The notes under the pieces: model-generated
Database searches by the model: none
What the model was told of the DNA's origin: nothing
What the model saw: the letters and a program-made list of their open reading frames with translations, nothing else
Source: Phycisphaeraceae bacterium
GTDB lineage: Bacteria; Planctomycetota; Phycisphaerae; Phycisphaerales; Phycisphaeraceae
DNA: 64,000 nt
Direction: 5' to 3'
Assembly: GCA_963674705.1 (NCBI GenBank)
Contig: OY771506.1
Location: forward strand, 3,936,001-4,000,000
Translations under genes and position numbers: made by a program
Part shown: positions 45,589-55,625 of the stretch, piece after piece
Layout: the number at the start of each line of letters is the position of its first letter
Numbering within the stretch: position 1 is the first letter of the stretch

Positions 45589-48500
45589 ATGGGTACGATC
45601 ACCACAGGCACCGGCCTGATCAGCGGTATTGATTATGCCAGCCTGATCGACCAGCTTATCCAACTGGAATCAGGCTCCGTCAAGCTGGTCGAGAAACGCA
45701 ATACCGTCCTCACCGCGCAGCAGACCGCGCTTCAGGACGTCAATGCAAAGCTGCTCGCGCTGAAGTTCAGCACCGACAGCCTCACCTCCTCCACGGTCTT
45801 TAATTCCTCCATTTCCACCAGCAGTAACGAATCGGTCCTCACCGTCACCAGCGGCTCCGGTGCCGTCCCCGGCAACTACAACTTCACCGTCGATAAACTC
45901 GTCTCCAGCCAGCAGGTCCTGACCAAGGGTTTTAAGGACACCGACAGCTCATCCATCGGTTCGGGCACACTCACCTTCGACAAGGGCAACTCCCGTCTGG
46001 ATTCCGATACAAAATTGTCAGACCTCAACGGAGGCAACGGCGTCACGCGCGGTATGATCCGCGTCACCGACCGCTCCGGCGCTGTCGGACTGATCGACCT
46101 GTCCAAAGCCGTCACCATCAACGACGTGATCGAGGCCGTCAACAGCGCCACCAATGTCAGCGTCCGCGCCACCGTCACCGGCGACGGACTGACCATCACC
46201 GACAATACAGGCCTCAGCTCCGGCGACCTGACCATCACCAACGCCGGCATCACCGAATCCGCCTCCAGCCTTGGTATCGCCGGCACCAGCGCAACCGGCG
46301 CAATCACCGGCTCGCAGATCAACTACGTCGGCGAAGACACGCTCCTGTCCTCACTCAACGACGGGCAGGGGATCTATATCAGCGACTCGCAGCACGAATT
46401 CACCATCACCGACGGTGCGAGTAACAGCTTCAACGTCGATCTGCTCAACGAGACGACCCTCGGGGAGGTGATCGACACCATCAACGCCGCCAGCACAACC
46501 GCAGGCGCGGGCGTCACCGCCTCTATCGCCGCGGACGGCGTGAGTATCGAACTGACCGATTCCAACGGCGGCGGCGTTGACTTCAAGATTACACCCAATG
46601 GCACCTTCTCCACCGCCGCCGACCTGGGGCTGTCAGGTGCCGATGACGACGGCGACGGCGTGATCAATGGTTCACGGATGGTCGCCAATATCAATTCCAA
46701 ACTATTAAGCAAACTCAACGGCGGGCAGGGCATCGGTGAAGTGAGGGTCTTATCATCCTCTACTGAACTCACTGATTTGTTTGACGGTGCCGGAGTTACC
46801 ACAAGTGGTAACGGGCTGAGGGAACTAGTCATCTTCGACAGAACAGGGGCTAGTTACACCATCAATCTGGACCCCTCGTCCACAGCCGGCGATCTGATCA
46901 GCCTTGTGAATACAGCGACAAGCGGGAACGTGACATTGTCGATTTCCGGCAATAGCTTCGTGCTGACGGATAATACGGGCGGAGCAGGACCCTTTCGTGC
47001 CTATGATAATCCCGGGTCCGGTTCCACAATCATCGCAGATCTTGGATTGACTGTTAATGCAGCCGTTGATTCTGTGACCGGCACAGATACATTCCCTGTC
47101 GCAACAGAGCCCGGCTCAGGCACGTTCTCTATACAAGACCGAGACGGTGTATCCTTCAACGTCGACCTCAGTTCCGCCAGCAGTGTCAGCGATATAATTA
47201 CAGGTATCAATGAAGCCAGTGAAGCCGCTGGCGCGGGTATCACCGCCAGCCTGAATAGGGCGGGCAACGGCATACTCCTTGAAGATTCCACCGGTGGCAG
47301 CGGGGATATTGTCGTTGCTGATGTGGATGCGACAACCGCCGCTGTCCTCGGTATCGCCGGCACCTTCTCCGATGATGAGGTCGACTCGGGCAACCTGCAA
47401 TACGCCTATATCAACGAAGGCACCTTGCTGGACAGCATCGACTTTGTCAGTGGTGACATCAAGATCACCGACAGCCGGGGCGTGTCACAAAAGATCAGTT
47501 TCAAAGAAGGTGAAAGGACGATTGCTGAAATCCTCCAGGACATCAATGGCACAAGCCTGGCGATCAATGCACGCGTCAACGACACCGGTGACGGCATCAT
47601 CCTCGAAGACACCAATACCGGGACGCCGGTTAGTGCGATCAAGGTCGAAGAGTCTGGTTCCAGTACGGCAAGAAGCCTCGGGTTGCTCGGGGAGGCCACG
47701 ACCGCTGGCGATGACCTCAACGGCAGCTTTGAGACCACGATCGAGTACGTCTCCGACTCCATGGATGGCACTACCCTGCTTTCGGCGCTCAACTCCGGTA
47801 ACGGCATCGATTACAACGACTCCAAGACCGACATCAAGATCACCACATCCGACGGCACCGAATACGAAGTCGATATCACCGACGGCACCAACACCGTGCA
47901 GGACCTGATCAACGCCATCGAAACAGCTACCGATGGCCATGTCTCCGTGACATTCAACGGCGAATCCAACCGCCTGCTCTTTACCGACGATACGTCCGGC
48001 TCGGGCGAGCTGTCTTTCGAGGCCATCAATGATTCTGAGGCGCTGGGCGATCTGGGCTTTAAACTCAAGGACACCGGCGTCTATCAGTCGAACAAACTTG
48101 TCCAAAGCACCACGCTCAAAGACCTCGTCGAACTGATCAACGAATCCAACGCGGGTGTCACCGCATCCATCATCAACGATGGCTCGAGCGGCACGCCGTA
48201 CCGCCTGATCTTCTCCGCCGATGAAACAGGCTCGGCAGGCGCTTTTGTTTTCGACGACGGTGGGGCGGGTTTCAAAGCTAACACCTTCTCCGAAGCGCAG
48301 GACGCGGTCGTCTTCTTCGGCTCGACCAACTCCGCACTGGCGCAGGTCATCACCTCGACCAGCAACACGCTCGAGGACGTCGTGCCCGGCTCCACGATCA
48401 CCTTACTGTCAACCAGCGACTCACCTGTGCAGGTTACGATCTCCGAAGACGACGGGGCCGTCACCGCCGCCGCCGAATCCTTTGTCACCAGCTTCAACAA

Positions 48501-49077
48501 CCTGATGACTACGATCGACAACTACGACAGCTACAACAGTGAGAACGAAGAACGCGGGCTGCTGCTGGGCGACCCCGCCGTGGTCCAGCTTAAAAACCGC
48601 CTGTTCTCGATCCTCACACGACGCACGAATGATCTGTCCGGCAGTTTCACCTCGCTGGCGGAAGTCGGGCTGACCGTCGGCTCCGGCGGCACGCTCAGGC
48701 TGGATGCCAACAAGTTCTCCGCTGCCATGCAATCCGACCGCGACGCCGTCAAGAACCTGTTCACCTTCGTTGAAACCGAGACCGACGACGATGGCGAAAC
48801 CGTCACCACCGCCCAGGGCGTCGGCAAGATGATCGATGCGCTGCTCGAGCGGTTAACCGATACCGACTACGGCATCATCGAATCTCGCGTCTCCACGCTT
48901 CAATCGCAGATTGACCTCAACGAAGACCGTATCGACAGACTCAACGAACAGTTGGATGAGAAGCGGACCCGCCTGGAGAAAGAGTTCGCCGCGATGGAAA
49001 CGGCGCTAGCCTCGATACAGAAACAGAGTTCATCCCTGACCACACTCGCCTCGCTGGCCAGTAGTACCAGCAGCTAA
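45589..49077 (+). CDS. fliD: Flagellar filament cap protein FliD, extended (1162 aa)
   Basis: N-terminal GLISGID...LIDQL, AQDAVV, SNTLEDVVPG, GLLLGD and C-terminal RLEKEFAAME; followed by fliS. Confidence 0.93.
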   Translation: MGTITTGTGLISGIDYASLIDQLIQLESGSVKLVEKRNTVLTAQQTALQDVNAKLLALKFSTDSLTSSTVFNSSISTSSNESVLTVTSGSGAVPGNYNFTVDKLVSSQQVLTKGFKDTDSSSIGSGTLTFDKGNSRLDSDTKLSDLNGGNGVTRGMIRVTDRSGAVGLIDLSKAVTINDVIEAVNSATNVSVRATVTGDGLTITDNTGLSSGDLTITNAGITESASSLGIAGTSATGAITGSQINYVGEDTLLSSLNDGQGIYISDSQHEFTITDGASNSFNVDLLNETTLGEVIDTINAASTTAGAGVTASIAADGVSIELTDSNGGGVDFKITPNGTFSTAADLGLSGADDDGDGVINGSRMVANINSKLLSKLNGGQGIGEVRVLSSSTELTDLFDGAGVTTSGNGLRELVIFDRTGASYTINLDPSSTAGDLISLVNTATSGNVTLSISGNSFVLTDNTGGAGPFRAYDNPGSGSTIIADLGLTVNAAVDSVTGTDTFPVATEPGSGTFSIQDRDGVSFNVDLSSASSVSDIITGINEASEAAGAGITASLNRAGNGILLEDSTGGSGDIVVADVDATTAAVLGIAGTFSDDEVDSGNLQYAYINEGTLLDSIDFVSGDIKITDSRGVSQKISFKEGERTIAEILQDINGTSLAINARVNDTGDGIILEDTNTGTPVSAIKVEESGSSTARSLGLLGEATTAGDDLNGSFETTIEYVSDSMDGTTLLSALNSGNGIDYNDSKTDIKITTSDGTEYEVDITDGTNTVQDLINAIETATDGHVSVTFNGESNRLLFTDDTSGSGELSFEAINDSEALGDLGFKLKDTGVYQSNKLVQSTTLKDLVELINESNAGVTASIINDGSSGTPYRLIFSADETGSAGAFVFDDGGAGFKANTFSEAQDAVVFFGSTNSALAQVITSTSNTLEDVVPGSTITLLSTSDSPVQVTISEDDGAVTAAAESFVTSFNNLMTTIDNYDSYNSENEERGLLLGDPAVVQLKNRLFSILTRRTNDLSGSFTSLAEVGLTVGSGGTLRLDANKFSAAMQSDRDAVKNLFTFVETETDDDGETVTTAQGVGKMIDALLERLTDTDYGIIESRVSTLQSQIDLNEDRIDRLNEQLDEKRTRLEKEFAAMETALASIQKQSSSLTTLASLASSTSS

Positions 49078-49204
49078 CGAACCGTACGTCCGCGTTCGCT
49101 TATCGGTCCTCATGCAACCACTTAGCTAACGCGACCCCCCAATCCATGCCGATAGAAAAGGCTGTTGGGGAACCGTTATTTGCTCGTTAGGAAGTCTTAA
49201 TCGA

Positions 49205-49654
49205 ATGAGTCAAAAGCAGGTCAATCCGTATCTCAAGACCAAAATCATGACCGCCAGCCCGGAAGAGCTGCGTCTGATGCTTTACGACGGCGCGCTGAAG
49301 TTCTGCCGACAGGCACGTCTCGCGCTTGAGAAAAAGAGCTACGAAGACAGCTACAACAACCTCATGCGGGCCCAGAAGATCGTCCTCGAGCTGTCCACCA
49401 GCCTCAATCACGACGCCGACCCGCAGCTCTGCCAACGGCTCAGCGCCCTGTACACCTACGTCTACCGCCTGCTGGTCGAAGCCAATATGAAGCGGGAGAT
49501 CGAGACCGTCGACGAAGCGATCAAGCTCATCGAGTACGAACGCGAGACATGGCAGATGCTCATGAAGAAGCTCGCCGGCGAAGGTAAACCCAGCGACACC
49601 TCGATCACCACCGCCCAGCAGACCGCCATCAGCAGCCTTTCGCAAAGCGCCTGA
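49205..49654 (+). CDS. fliS: Flagellin export chaperone FliS
   Basis: Y...IMTASPEEL.LMLYDGA, AQKIV.EL, L.ALY.Y and RETW. Confidence 0.95.
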   Translation: MSQKQVNPYLKTKIMTASPEELRLMLYDGALKFCRQARLALEKKSYEDSYNNLMRAQKIVLELSTSLNHDADPQLCQRLSALYTYVYRLLVEANMKREIETVDEAIKLIEYERETWQMLMKKLAGEGKPSDTSITTAQQTAISSLSQSA

Positions 49655-49688
49655 ACCGGCGGACCCCACCAGATAATACAACCTCACC

Positions 49689-49714
49689 ACGCCCCGGCAA
49701 TCGTCGGGGTGTTT
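49689..49714 (+). terminator. Probable terminator after fliS
   Basis: ACGCCCCGGC-AATC-GTCGGGGTGT hairpin with a short T tail. Confidence 0.55.
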
Positions 49715-49780
49715 GCTTAATACCCATAACCACACCGCCGATAGCTCCGACGTACATCCGCCTTATCTCGGGAGTTGTCG

Positions 49781-50695
49781 ATGCGCAAGGTTCTGTCACT
49801 TCTGGCCGTTGTCCTGCTATCCGTTTCCAGCACACTGGCGTCTGACGATGGCAACCTGGTCGCACGCTCGATCCAGACCTATGAACAGATCGAAGCCATC
49901 CGGGAGCAGATGCGCGACGCCACTGCCGACCTGGAGGCCGAGAAACGAGCCTACGAATTGGCGATCCGTGAAGCCAACAGCGGCGCCAAAACCGAGCAGC
50001 AACTCAAGGAACTGCGCACAGAACTCGAACGTCATCAACAGATTCTGATAAAAGCCGAGAAGAACAACACGCCCGCCGCATCGACAGACTACAGCCGCAA
50101 ACGCGTCCGCGACCTGTCACTGATGATCGAAGCCGGATCACTACAAACCGATGTCCAGCGTAAAGCCTTCAAGATCAAGTATCAGCCGAAGATCGATCGC
50201 TTGAATAAGCAGATCAAGCGTATCTCCACGCCATACAACAAACGTATCAGCGAGCTTCAGGATGCTGCCCAGGCCGAAAGCGATGCACTTGTGGGCCTGC
50301 TTCGTCCGTACCTTAAAACACCTGGCGCCAATTACACCGGCTCGCGCGTCGACGCCGTCAACGCAGACATGTCCAACGCCTTCGGCTCAAGCAACTGGAA
50401 CGACAGCGACGACCATCGCATCGCCTGGGCGCACATCCGCATCCGTTCACAGGACGAGATCGAAGACTATCACCGGCAGAACCTGCTCGACGGCAAATAC
50501 CCGATCCAGTCGCTCAGCGACGGCAGCATCTGGGTCTGGGCGGGCAACTTCCTGATCACCTTCGTCGCCGATGACGAGGCTCTCAAGGGCAAAGACAATA
50601 TCCAGCAAGCCATCCACGACTTCATCGACCTGGAAGGCCTCGCGTCCATCCAGATCGAATCCACCCAGGTCGCCACCGGCGAACAAACCAATTAG
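49781..50695 (+). CDS. Secreted hypothetical protein with long coiled coil
   Basis: GGGAG RBS; signal peptide MRKVLS...TLA; charged helical N-half and alpha/beta C-terminal domain. Confidence 0.78.
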   Translation: MRKVLSLLAVVLLSVSSTLASDDGNLVARSIQTYEQIEAIREQMRDATADLEAEKRAYELAIREANSGAKTEQQLKELRTELERHQQILIKAEKNNTPAASTDYSRKRVRDLSLMIEAGSLQTDVQRKAFKIKYQPKIDRLNKQIKRISTPYNKRISELQDAAQAESDALVGLLRPYLKTPGANYTGSRVDAVNADMSNAFGSSNWNDSDDHRIAWAHIRIRSQDEIEDYHRQNLLDGKYPIQSLSDGSIWVWAGNFLITFVADDEALKGKDNIQQAIHDFIDLEGLASIQIESTQVATGEQTN

Positions 50696-50757
50696 CCTAT
50701 AGCCAAGATTGACCTTCCCCCGTTTAGCGAGGCAGCTTGCTGCCGCATGCCTTTACC

Positions 50758-51345
50758 TCAGTCGTCCGTCATGCTCGAAATAATCATGATGGCAAACCCC
50801 ACACCGATGATGCCCCCGGGGACGGCCAGTTCGTGTAAAAACACCGCATCGTCCTGCGCGTAGAACGTCGCGCCGCCAACCAGGCAGAAAAGAATCCCCA
50901 GCATCAGCAGGCACATGCGCTTGTTTATGATGAGCCGCCCGCCCTGGCGCTCGATGAGTTTGAAGCTGCGTTTCTTGTTCTTTTTCGCTTCGACCTCGGA
51001 CTTCGCCACCCACCGCACCATCTGCCGCCAACGATCGTCCCCGCAGAGGTAGCAGACAAACAGGTTCGTCGTTACGTCCAGCGACAGCGCTTTGTCCGCC
51101 GCGACGAACGGCTCCGCGCTAGCGCCTTCACAGTATTCGACTGTGTACCCACCCTCACCGTCGCCCGTGCACTGCATGTAAAAACCCCGACCCCGCAGAA
51201 GCATCATCGTATCAGCCGGGTCGGTCAACATCTCCAGCCGCCAGCGCATATCTCCCGGCTGCGGCATACCCGCGACCGGCCGACCACGCTGGATCAGCCT
51301 GATAGTCTGCTCGTTTTCATATCCCATGCCCATCCGAACCCCCAT
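50758..51345 (-). CDS. Hypothetical protein with two C-terminal TM helices
   Basis: Long ORF filling the gap downstream of trpS; two hydrophobic C-terminal segments; start uncertain. Confidence 0.65.
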   Translation of the reverse strand: MGVRMGMGYENEQTIRLIQRGRPVAGMPQPGDMRWRLEMLTDPADTMMLLRGRGFYMQCTGDGEGGYTVEYCEGASAEPFVAADKALSLDVTTNLFVCYLCGDDRWRQMVRWVAKSEVEAKKNKKRSFKLIERQGGRLIINKRMCLLMLGILFCLVGGATFYAQDDAVFLHELAVPGGIIGVGFAIMIISSMTDD

Positions 51346-51399
51346 AGATGTCTCATGAATGCATCAAACACAATGTATGGAAACCTGGTATATGATAAC

Positions 51400-52386
51400 T
51401 TACAGCCCCGCCGCCTCACGCGCACGCTTAGTCACTTCAGCGACCTTCGCCTGCGCCGCGGCCGCGCCGTCCGCCAGGACCTTGTCGACGTAGCCCGGGT
51501 CGTTCATCAACGCTTCCCGGCGCTTACGCGCTTCGCCGAAGTGGTCCATGATCAGTTCAAACAGCGCCTGCTTGGCGTGGCCGTAGCCCATGCCGTTCTC
51601 GCCCGTCGCGCGGTAGCGATCGGCAAGCTCCAGCGTCTTCGGATCATCACGCCCGGCTAAACCACGGAAAATCTGGAACACCGTGCACGATTCCGGGTCC
51701 TTCGCTTCCTCGACCGGAGTCGAATCCGTCGTGATCTTCATGATCCGCTTGCGCAGCGGCTTCTCAGCCATGAACGGATCGATGTAGTTGTCGTACGACT
51801 TACTCATCTTCTGCCCGTCCACGCCCGGCAAAACCTCCGCGTCGTCACGCAACTTGTACGCGGGGATCTTGAACACCTCGCCGTACGCGTTGTTGAACTT
51901 CTGCGCCAGGTCGCGCGTGATCTCCACGTGCTGCACCTGGTCCTTGCCGACCGGCACGAGGTCGGGATTCACGCTCAGGATATCCGCCGCCTGCAGGATC
52001 GGATACGTGTATAGACCGATCGATGCGGACAAACCCCGGGCCGTCTTGTCCTTAAAACTGGTCGCCTTATCCATCAGGTGCTTCGGGCACACGCAAGATA
52101 ACAGCCAGCATAATTCAGTCACCTGCGGCACATCCTGCTGCAGATAGATATGTGTCTGCGGATACTTCTCCGGGTCGAGTCCAAACGCAAGATAATCAAC
52201 AACGACCTGCCGGATATTCTTGCGCAGCTCCGCCGGCTCACGCGTCGATGTGAGCGCATGATACGAAGCCACGAAGATAAACATTTCGTGGTCGACCTGC
52301 ATATCTACAAACTGCTTGATCGCACCGGCATAGTTGCCGATGTGCAATTGTCCGGATGGTTGGATACCTGAAAGAACCCTTTTCAT
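51400..52386 (-). CDS. trpS: Tryptophan--tRNA ligase
   Basis: SGIQPSG.LHIGNY, YPILQAADIL, VPVGKDQ.QH.E and KMSKS. Confidence 0.97.
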   Translation of the reverse strand: MKRVLSGIQPSGQLHIGNYAGAIKQFVDMQVDHEMFIFVASYHALTSTREPAELRKNIRQVVVDYLAFGLDPEKYPQTHIYLQQDVPQVTELCWLLSCVCPKHLMDKATSFKDKTARGLSASIGLYTYPILQAADILSVNPDLVPVGKDQVQHVEITRDLAQKFNNAYGEVFKIPAYKLRDDAEVLPGVDGQKMSKSYDNYIDPFMAEKPLRKRIMKITTDSTPVEEAKDPESCTVFQIFRGLAGRDDPKTLELADRYRATGENGMGYGHAKQALFELIMDHFGEARKRREALMNDPGYVDKVLADGAAAAQAKVAEVTKRAREAAGL

Positions 52387-52543
52387 GGTTCGAAAACCTC
52401 GTAATGATGAATATGTCGGGAGTATGGTACAGGATTATGCGGCGCAGGGAGATTAGTCAGGCGCAGCAGCGCCAACGCCAGGAATTTGCCGAGATGTTGG
52501 AACCGATCAGTACCATAAGGTTAAGTCTAATCCAGGAACCATC

Positions 52544-53203
52544 TCAGTCAAGCTCGCTATCGGCTGATTTGACGGCTTCGATAAACCGGCGGATCAGCTT
52601 CGCATCCTTTACACCCCGAGAAACCTCCACTCCGCTGGATACATCCACCGCGAACGGCCGAACCACGCTGATCGCCTCGCCCACATTCTCTGCCGTCAAT
52701 CCCCCGGCCAGCATGATCGGCGGCAGGCCCGCACGGTCCAGGTTTGCAAACGCCTGCCAGTTGAACACGCGCCCCGTCCCGCCGGTCAGTTCACCCGGCA
52801 GCGTCGGTGCATCCACCAGCAGGGCGGCCACGTTCTCCGGCGGATTCCGCCATTCGTCAATCTTCTCCGGATCGAACGGCACCGCCTTGAACACCTTCAA
52901 GTCGTCAAGCTGCTCGACATACACACGGTCCTCATCGCCATGCAATTGCACATACCGGAAGTCCACGTTCTCCAGCACTTCATCCACAAACTCGATCGAC
53001 TGATTGGAAAAAAGCGCCACCGGCTCCACGCACTTTGATGTCGAAAACAACGTCGCCACCAGCGTCCGCGCCTCGGCGATCTGGACCTGCCGCGGCGAAC
53101 CTTCCGCAAACACCATCCCCACATAATCCGCGCCACAATCCACCGCGCACTCAATATGCTCCGGTTCCCGCAGACCACAGATTTTGATTTGTGTTCGCGC
53201 CAT
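52544..53203 (-). CDS. trpF: Phosphoribosylanthranilate isomerase
   Basis: IKICGL, SPR, VQLHGDE, GGTG..FNW, LAGGL and DVSSGVE. Confidence 0.96.
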   Translation of the reverse strand: MARTQIKICGLREPEHIECAVDCGADYVGMVFAEGSPRQVQIAEARTLVATLFSTSKCVEPVALFSNQSIEFVDEVLENVDFRYVQLHGDEDRVYVEQLDDLKVFKAVPFDPEKIDEWRNPPENVAALLVDAPTLPGELTGGTGRVFNWQAFANLDRAGLPPIMLAGGLTAENVGEAISVVRPFAVDVSSGVEVSRGVKDAKLIRRFIEAVKSADSELD

Positions 53204-53289
53204 ACTTCACACCCCAATACGCCCGTTTAGCGGTCGAGCTTACTCGACCATATGGAAGCAAGCTCCCACGCTAAACATCATACAAATCA

Positions 53290-55593
53290 TCAATACTCCA
53301 CAATCTCCAGTCTCGCATACTGCAAGATCAGCGTCTTCGTCCCGGCGGTATTAAATGCGATCCTTGCCCGTGTGTGCGACCCCATCGGATGTATATCGAT
53401 AATCCTGCCCATACCGAACTGCGGATGCCGCACCAAGGTGCCCGGCGGATACTTCGCCGCCTCTCGGCCGACCAATGATCGCTGCACCAAGCCGTCCGAC
53501 AAGCTATCGGCGTCATCCTCGGTCGCGTCCACCTCCTCGTAACAATCCTTCGGCATCTCACGGAAAAACCGGCTCGGGATCGTCGCGTTTGACATGCCGA
53601 ACACCGTGCGATACCGCGCGTGCGTCAGGTATAGTTGCCGCATCGCGCGTGTGATCCCCACGAAGCACAGCCGTCGTTCCTCTTCCAGTTCCTGCTGATC
53701 GCCGTTGGCTCGTTCGTGCGGCAACAGCCCGTCTTCCACGCCGATCATCGCCACAACCGGGTACTCCAGACCCTTAGCCGCGTGCAAGGTCATCAGCGTC
53801 ACCGCACCCTGGTCCGGATCGACCGCATCGACATCGCTGACCAGGCTGATCCTTTCCAAAAACGCCAGCAGTTTCTCCGCCAGCGTCGGCGTGTGGTCGC
53901 TGCCATCAAGCTCAACTTCCAGCTCGTATTCCTCCTCGAACTGCTGCGCGCTGGTCACCAGTTCGCCGAGATTGGCAAGCCTTTCGTGATCCGGATCGGA
54001 CTTGTCGTTTCGGCAAGCATCCTCCAAACCCGATTGCCGCAATACATCCTCGACAAACCCGCGCAGCGTCGTTGATGCGATCGGATCACCTACGACCGTC
54101 GGCACCTGCGGCCCGAACCCCGCCGCCTGCCGCCAGGTATCCAGCAGCTTGCCGAACTTCGCGACCGACGTCTGCGCCCGCGTATTGACTGCAGTCAGTT
54201 TCAACGGATCACCCAGCAGCGTGTCGATCTGCACGTTATTGGCTAGACAATACGCCTGCATCGCCTTGACCGTCTTGTCACTGATGCCGCGTGTCGGCGT
54301 GTTGATAATCCGCAGCAGACTCACCTCGTCGGCCGCGTTCACCACGCAGCGCAGATACGCCACCGCGTTCTTGATTTCCGCACGCTCGTAGAACGCCGTA
54401 CCCCGCGCGATCTGGTAGGGCACGCCCGCATTGCGCAGTGCATCTTCCATCACTCGGCTCAAACTGTTGATCCGGTAAAACACCGCCATCTGGCCCCACG
54501 CGACGTCCTTCTCATCGTGCAGCTTCTGGTACGCATCGACGATCCAGTTCGCCTCGTGACGTTCATCGCTGCACATCACGATCTGCACCGGATCGCCCTC
54601 ATCGTTATGCGTCCAAAGCTCCTTGTGCTTGCGGCGAGAGTTGTTGCGGATCAGCCCGTCGGCCAGCGAAAGGATCTTCTTGGTCGACCGGTAATTCTGC
54701 TCAAGCCGAACCACCTTCGCATCCGGGTAATGCGCCTCGAAGTCGAGGATGTTTTTGATATTAGCGCCGCGCCAGCCGTAGATCGATTGGTCCGGGTCTC
54801 CCGTCGCGCAGATATTTTTGTGTCGGCTCGCTAAGGCATTTGCGATCATGAACTGCGCGTGGTTCGTGTCCTGGTACTCGTCGATCATCACGTACTGATA
54901 CTTATCCTGCAGCATCTTCAGCACATCCGGGTGCTCTCGGAATAGCTGCACGACCTTCAATAGCAGGTCATCGAAGTCCAGCGCGTTGTTTCTCGTCAGG
55001 ATCTCGGTGTACTTCGTGTACACCTTCGCAACCGTCCGGCTGTAGAAGTCGCTCGCCAGCTTCTGGTACGCATCGGCATCAACCAGCTCGTTCTTCGAGT
55101 TGCTGATCGAGCTGAGCAAGCCGCCCGGCGGGAAGTTCTTCGTGTTGATCTCCAGGTCAGTCAGCGCCTGCTTCACCGCACGCTTCTGGTCTGTCGTGTC
55201 ATAAATCGAATAACCCGGCGGCAGGTCCAGCCGCTCGGCAAACTGACGCAGCACGCGGGCACACAAACTGTGGAACGTACACACCGTCAGCGCCCGCGCC
55301 TGCCGGTCCGTGACAAGCTCGGCTGTACGCGCGTGCATTTCCCCGGCCGCCTTGTTCGTAAACGTGATCGCCAGCACCTGCCAGGGCGGTATCCCCACCC
55401 GCGTTACCAGGTGCGCGACCCGGCTGGTAATGACCCGCGTCTTTCCCGAGCCCGGCCCGGCCAGCACCAGCATCGGCCCGTCCACGTGCGTCACCGCCTC
55501 ACGCTGCGGCTCGGTCAAACCCGCCAGCAGCGGATCGTTGTCGTCCGCAGCAGGTGCAAAGGATTCTGTATCTCTGATCGATGGTTCAGCCAT
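53290..55593 (-). CDS. pcrA: UvrD/PcrA ATP-dependent DNA helicase
   Basis: AGPGSGKT, TFTNKAA, DEYQDTN, GDPDQSIYGWRGA, NYRST, HAAKGLE, EERRL and C-terminal Tudor-like HPQFG.G. Confidence 0.96.
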   Translation of the reverse strand: MAEPSIRDTESFAPAADDNDPLLAGLTEPQREAVTHVDGPMLVLAGPGSGKTRVITSRVAHLVTRVGIPPWQVLAITFTNKAAGEMHARTAELVTDRQARALTVCTFHSLCARVLRQFAERLDLPPGYSIYDTTDQKRAVKQALTDLEINTKNFPPGGLLSSISNSKNELVDADAYQKLASDFYSRTVAKVYTKYTEILTRNNALDFDDLLLKVVQLFREHPDVLKMLQDKYQYVMIDEYQDTNHAQFMIANALASRHKNICATGDPDQSIYGWRGANIKNILDFEAHYPDAKVVRLEQNYRSTKKILSLADGLIRNNSRRKHKELWTHNDEGDPVQIVMCSDERHEANWIVDAYQKLHDEKDVAWGQMAVFYRINSLSRVMEDALRNAGVPYQIARGTAFYERAEIKNAVAYLRCVVNAADEVSLLRIINTPTRGISDKTVKAMQAYCLANNVQIDTLLGDPLKLTAVNTRAQTSVAKFGKLLDTWRQAAGFGPQVPTVVGDPIASTTLRGFVEDVLRQSGLEDACRNDKSDPDHERLANLGELVTSAQQFEEEYELEVELDGSDHTPTLAEKLLAFLERISLVSDVDAVDPDQGAVTLMTLHAAKGLEYPVVAMIGVEDGLLPHERANGDQQELEEERRLCFVGITRAMRQLYLTHARYRTVFGMSNATIPSRFFREMPKDCYEEVDATEDDADSLSDGLVQRSLVGREAAKYPPGTLVRHPQFGMGRIIDIHPMGSHTRARIAFNTAGTKTLILQYARLEIVEY

Positions 55594-55625
55594 GGACTAG
55601 GAGTTTAGCAACTCCCCCGGATTGT

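Noticed and set aside
52387..52543. T-box or Trp attenuator upstream of trpS
   Set aside because: I saw no T-box consensus, Trp-codon leader peptide or terminator hairpin on the minus strand.
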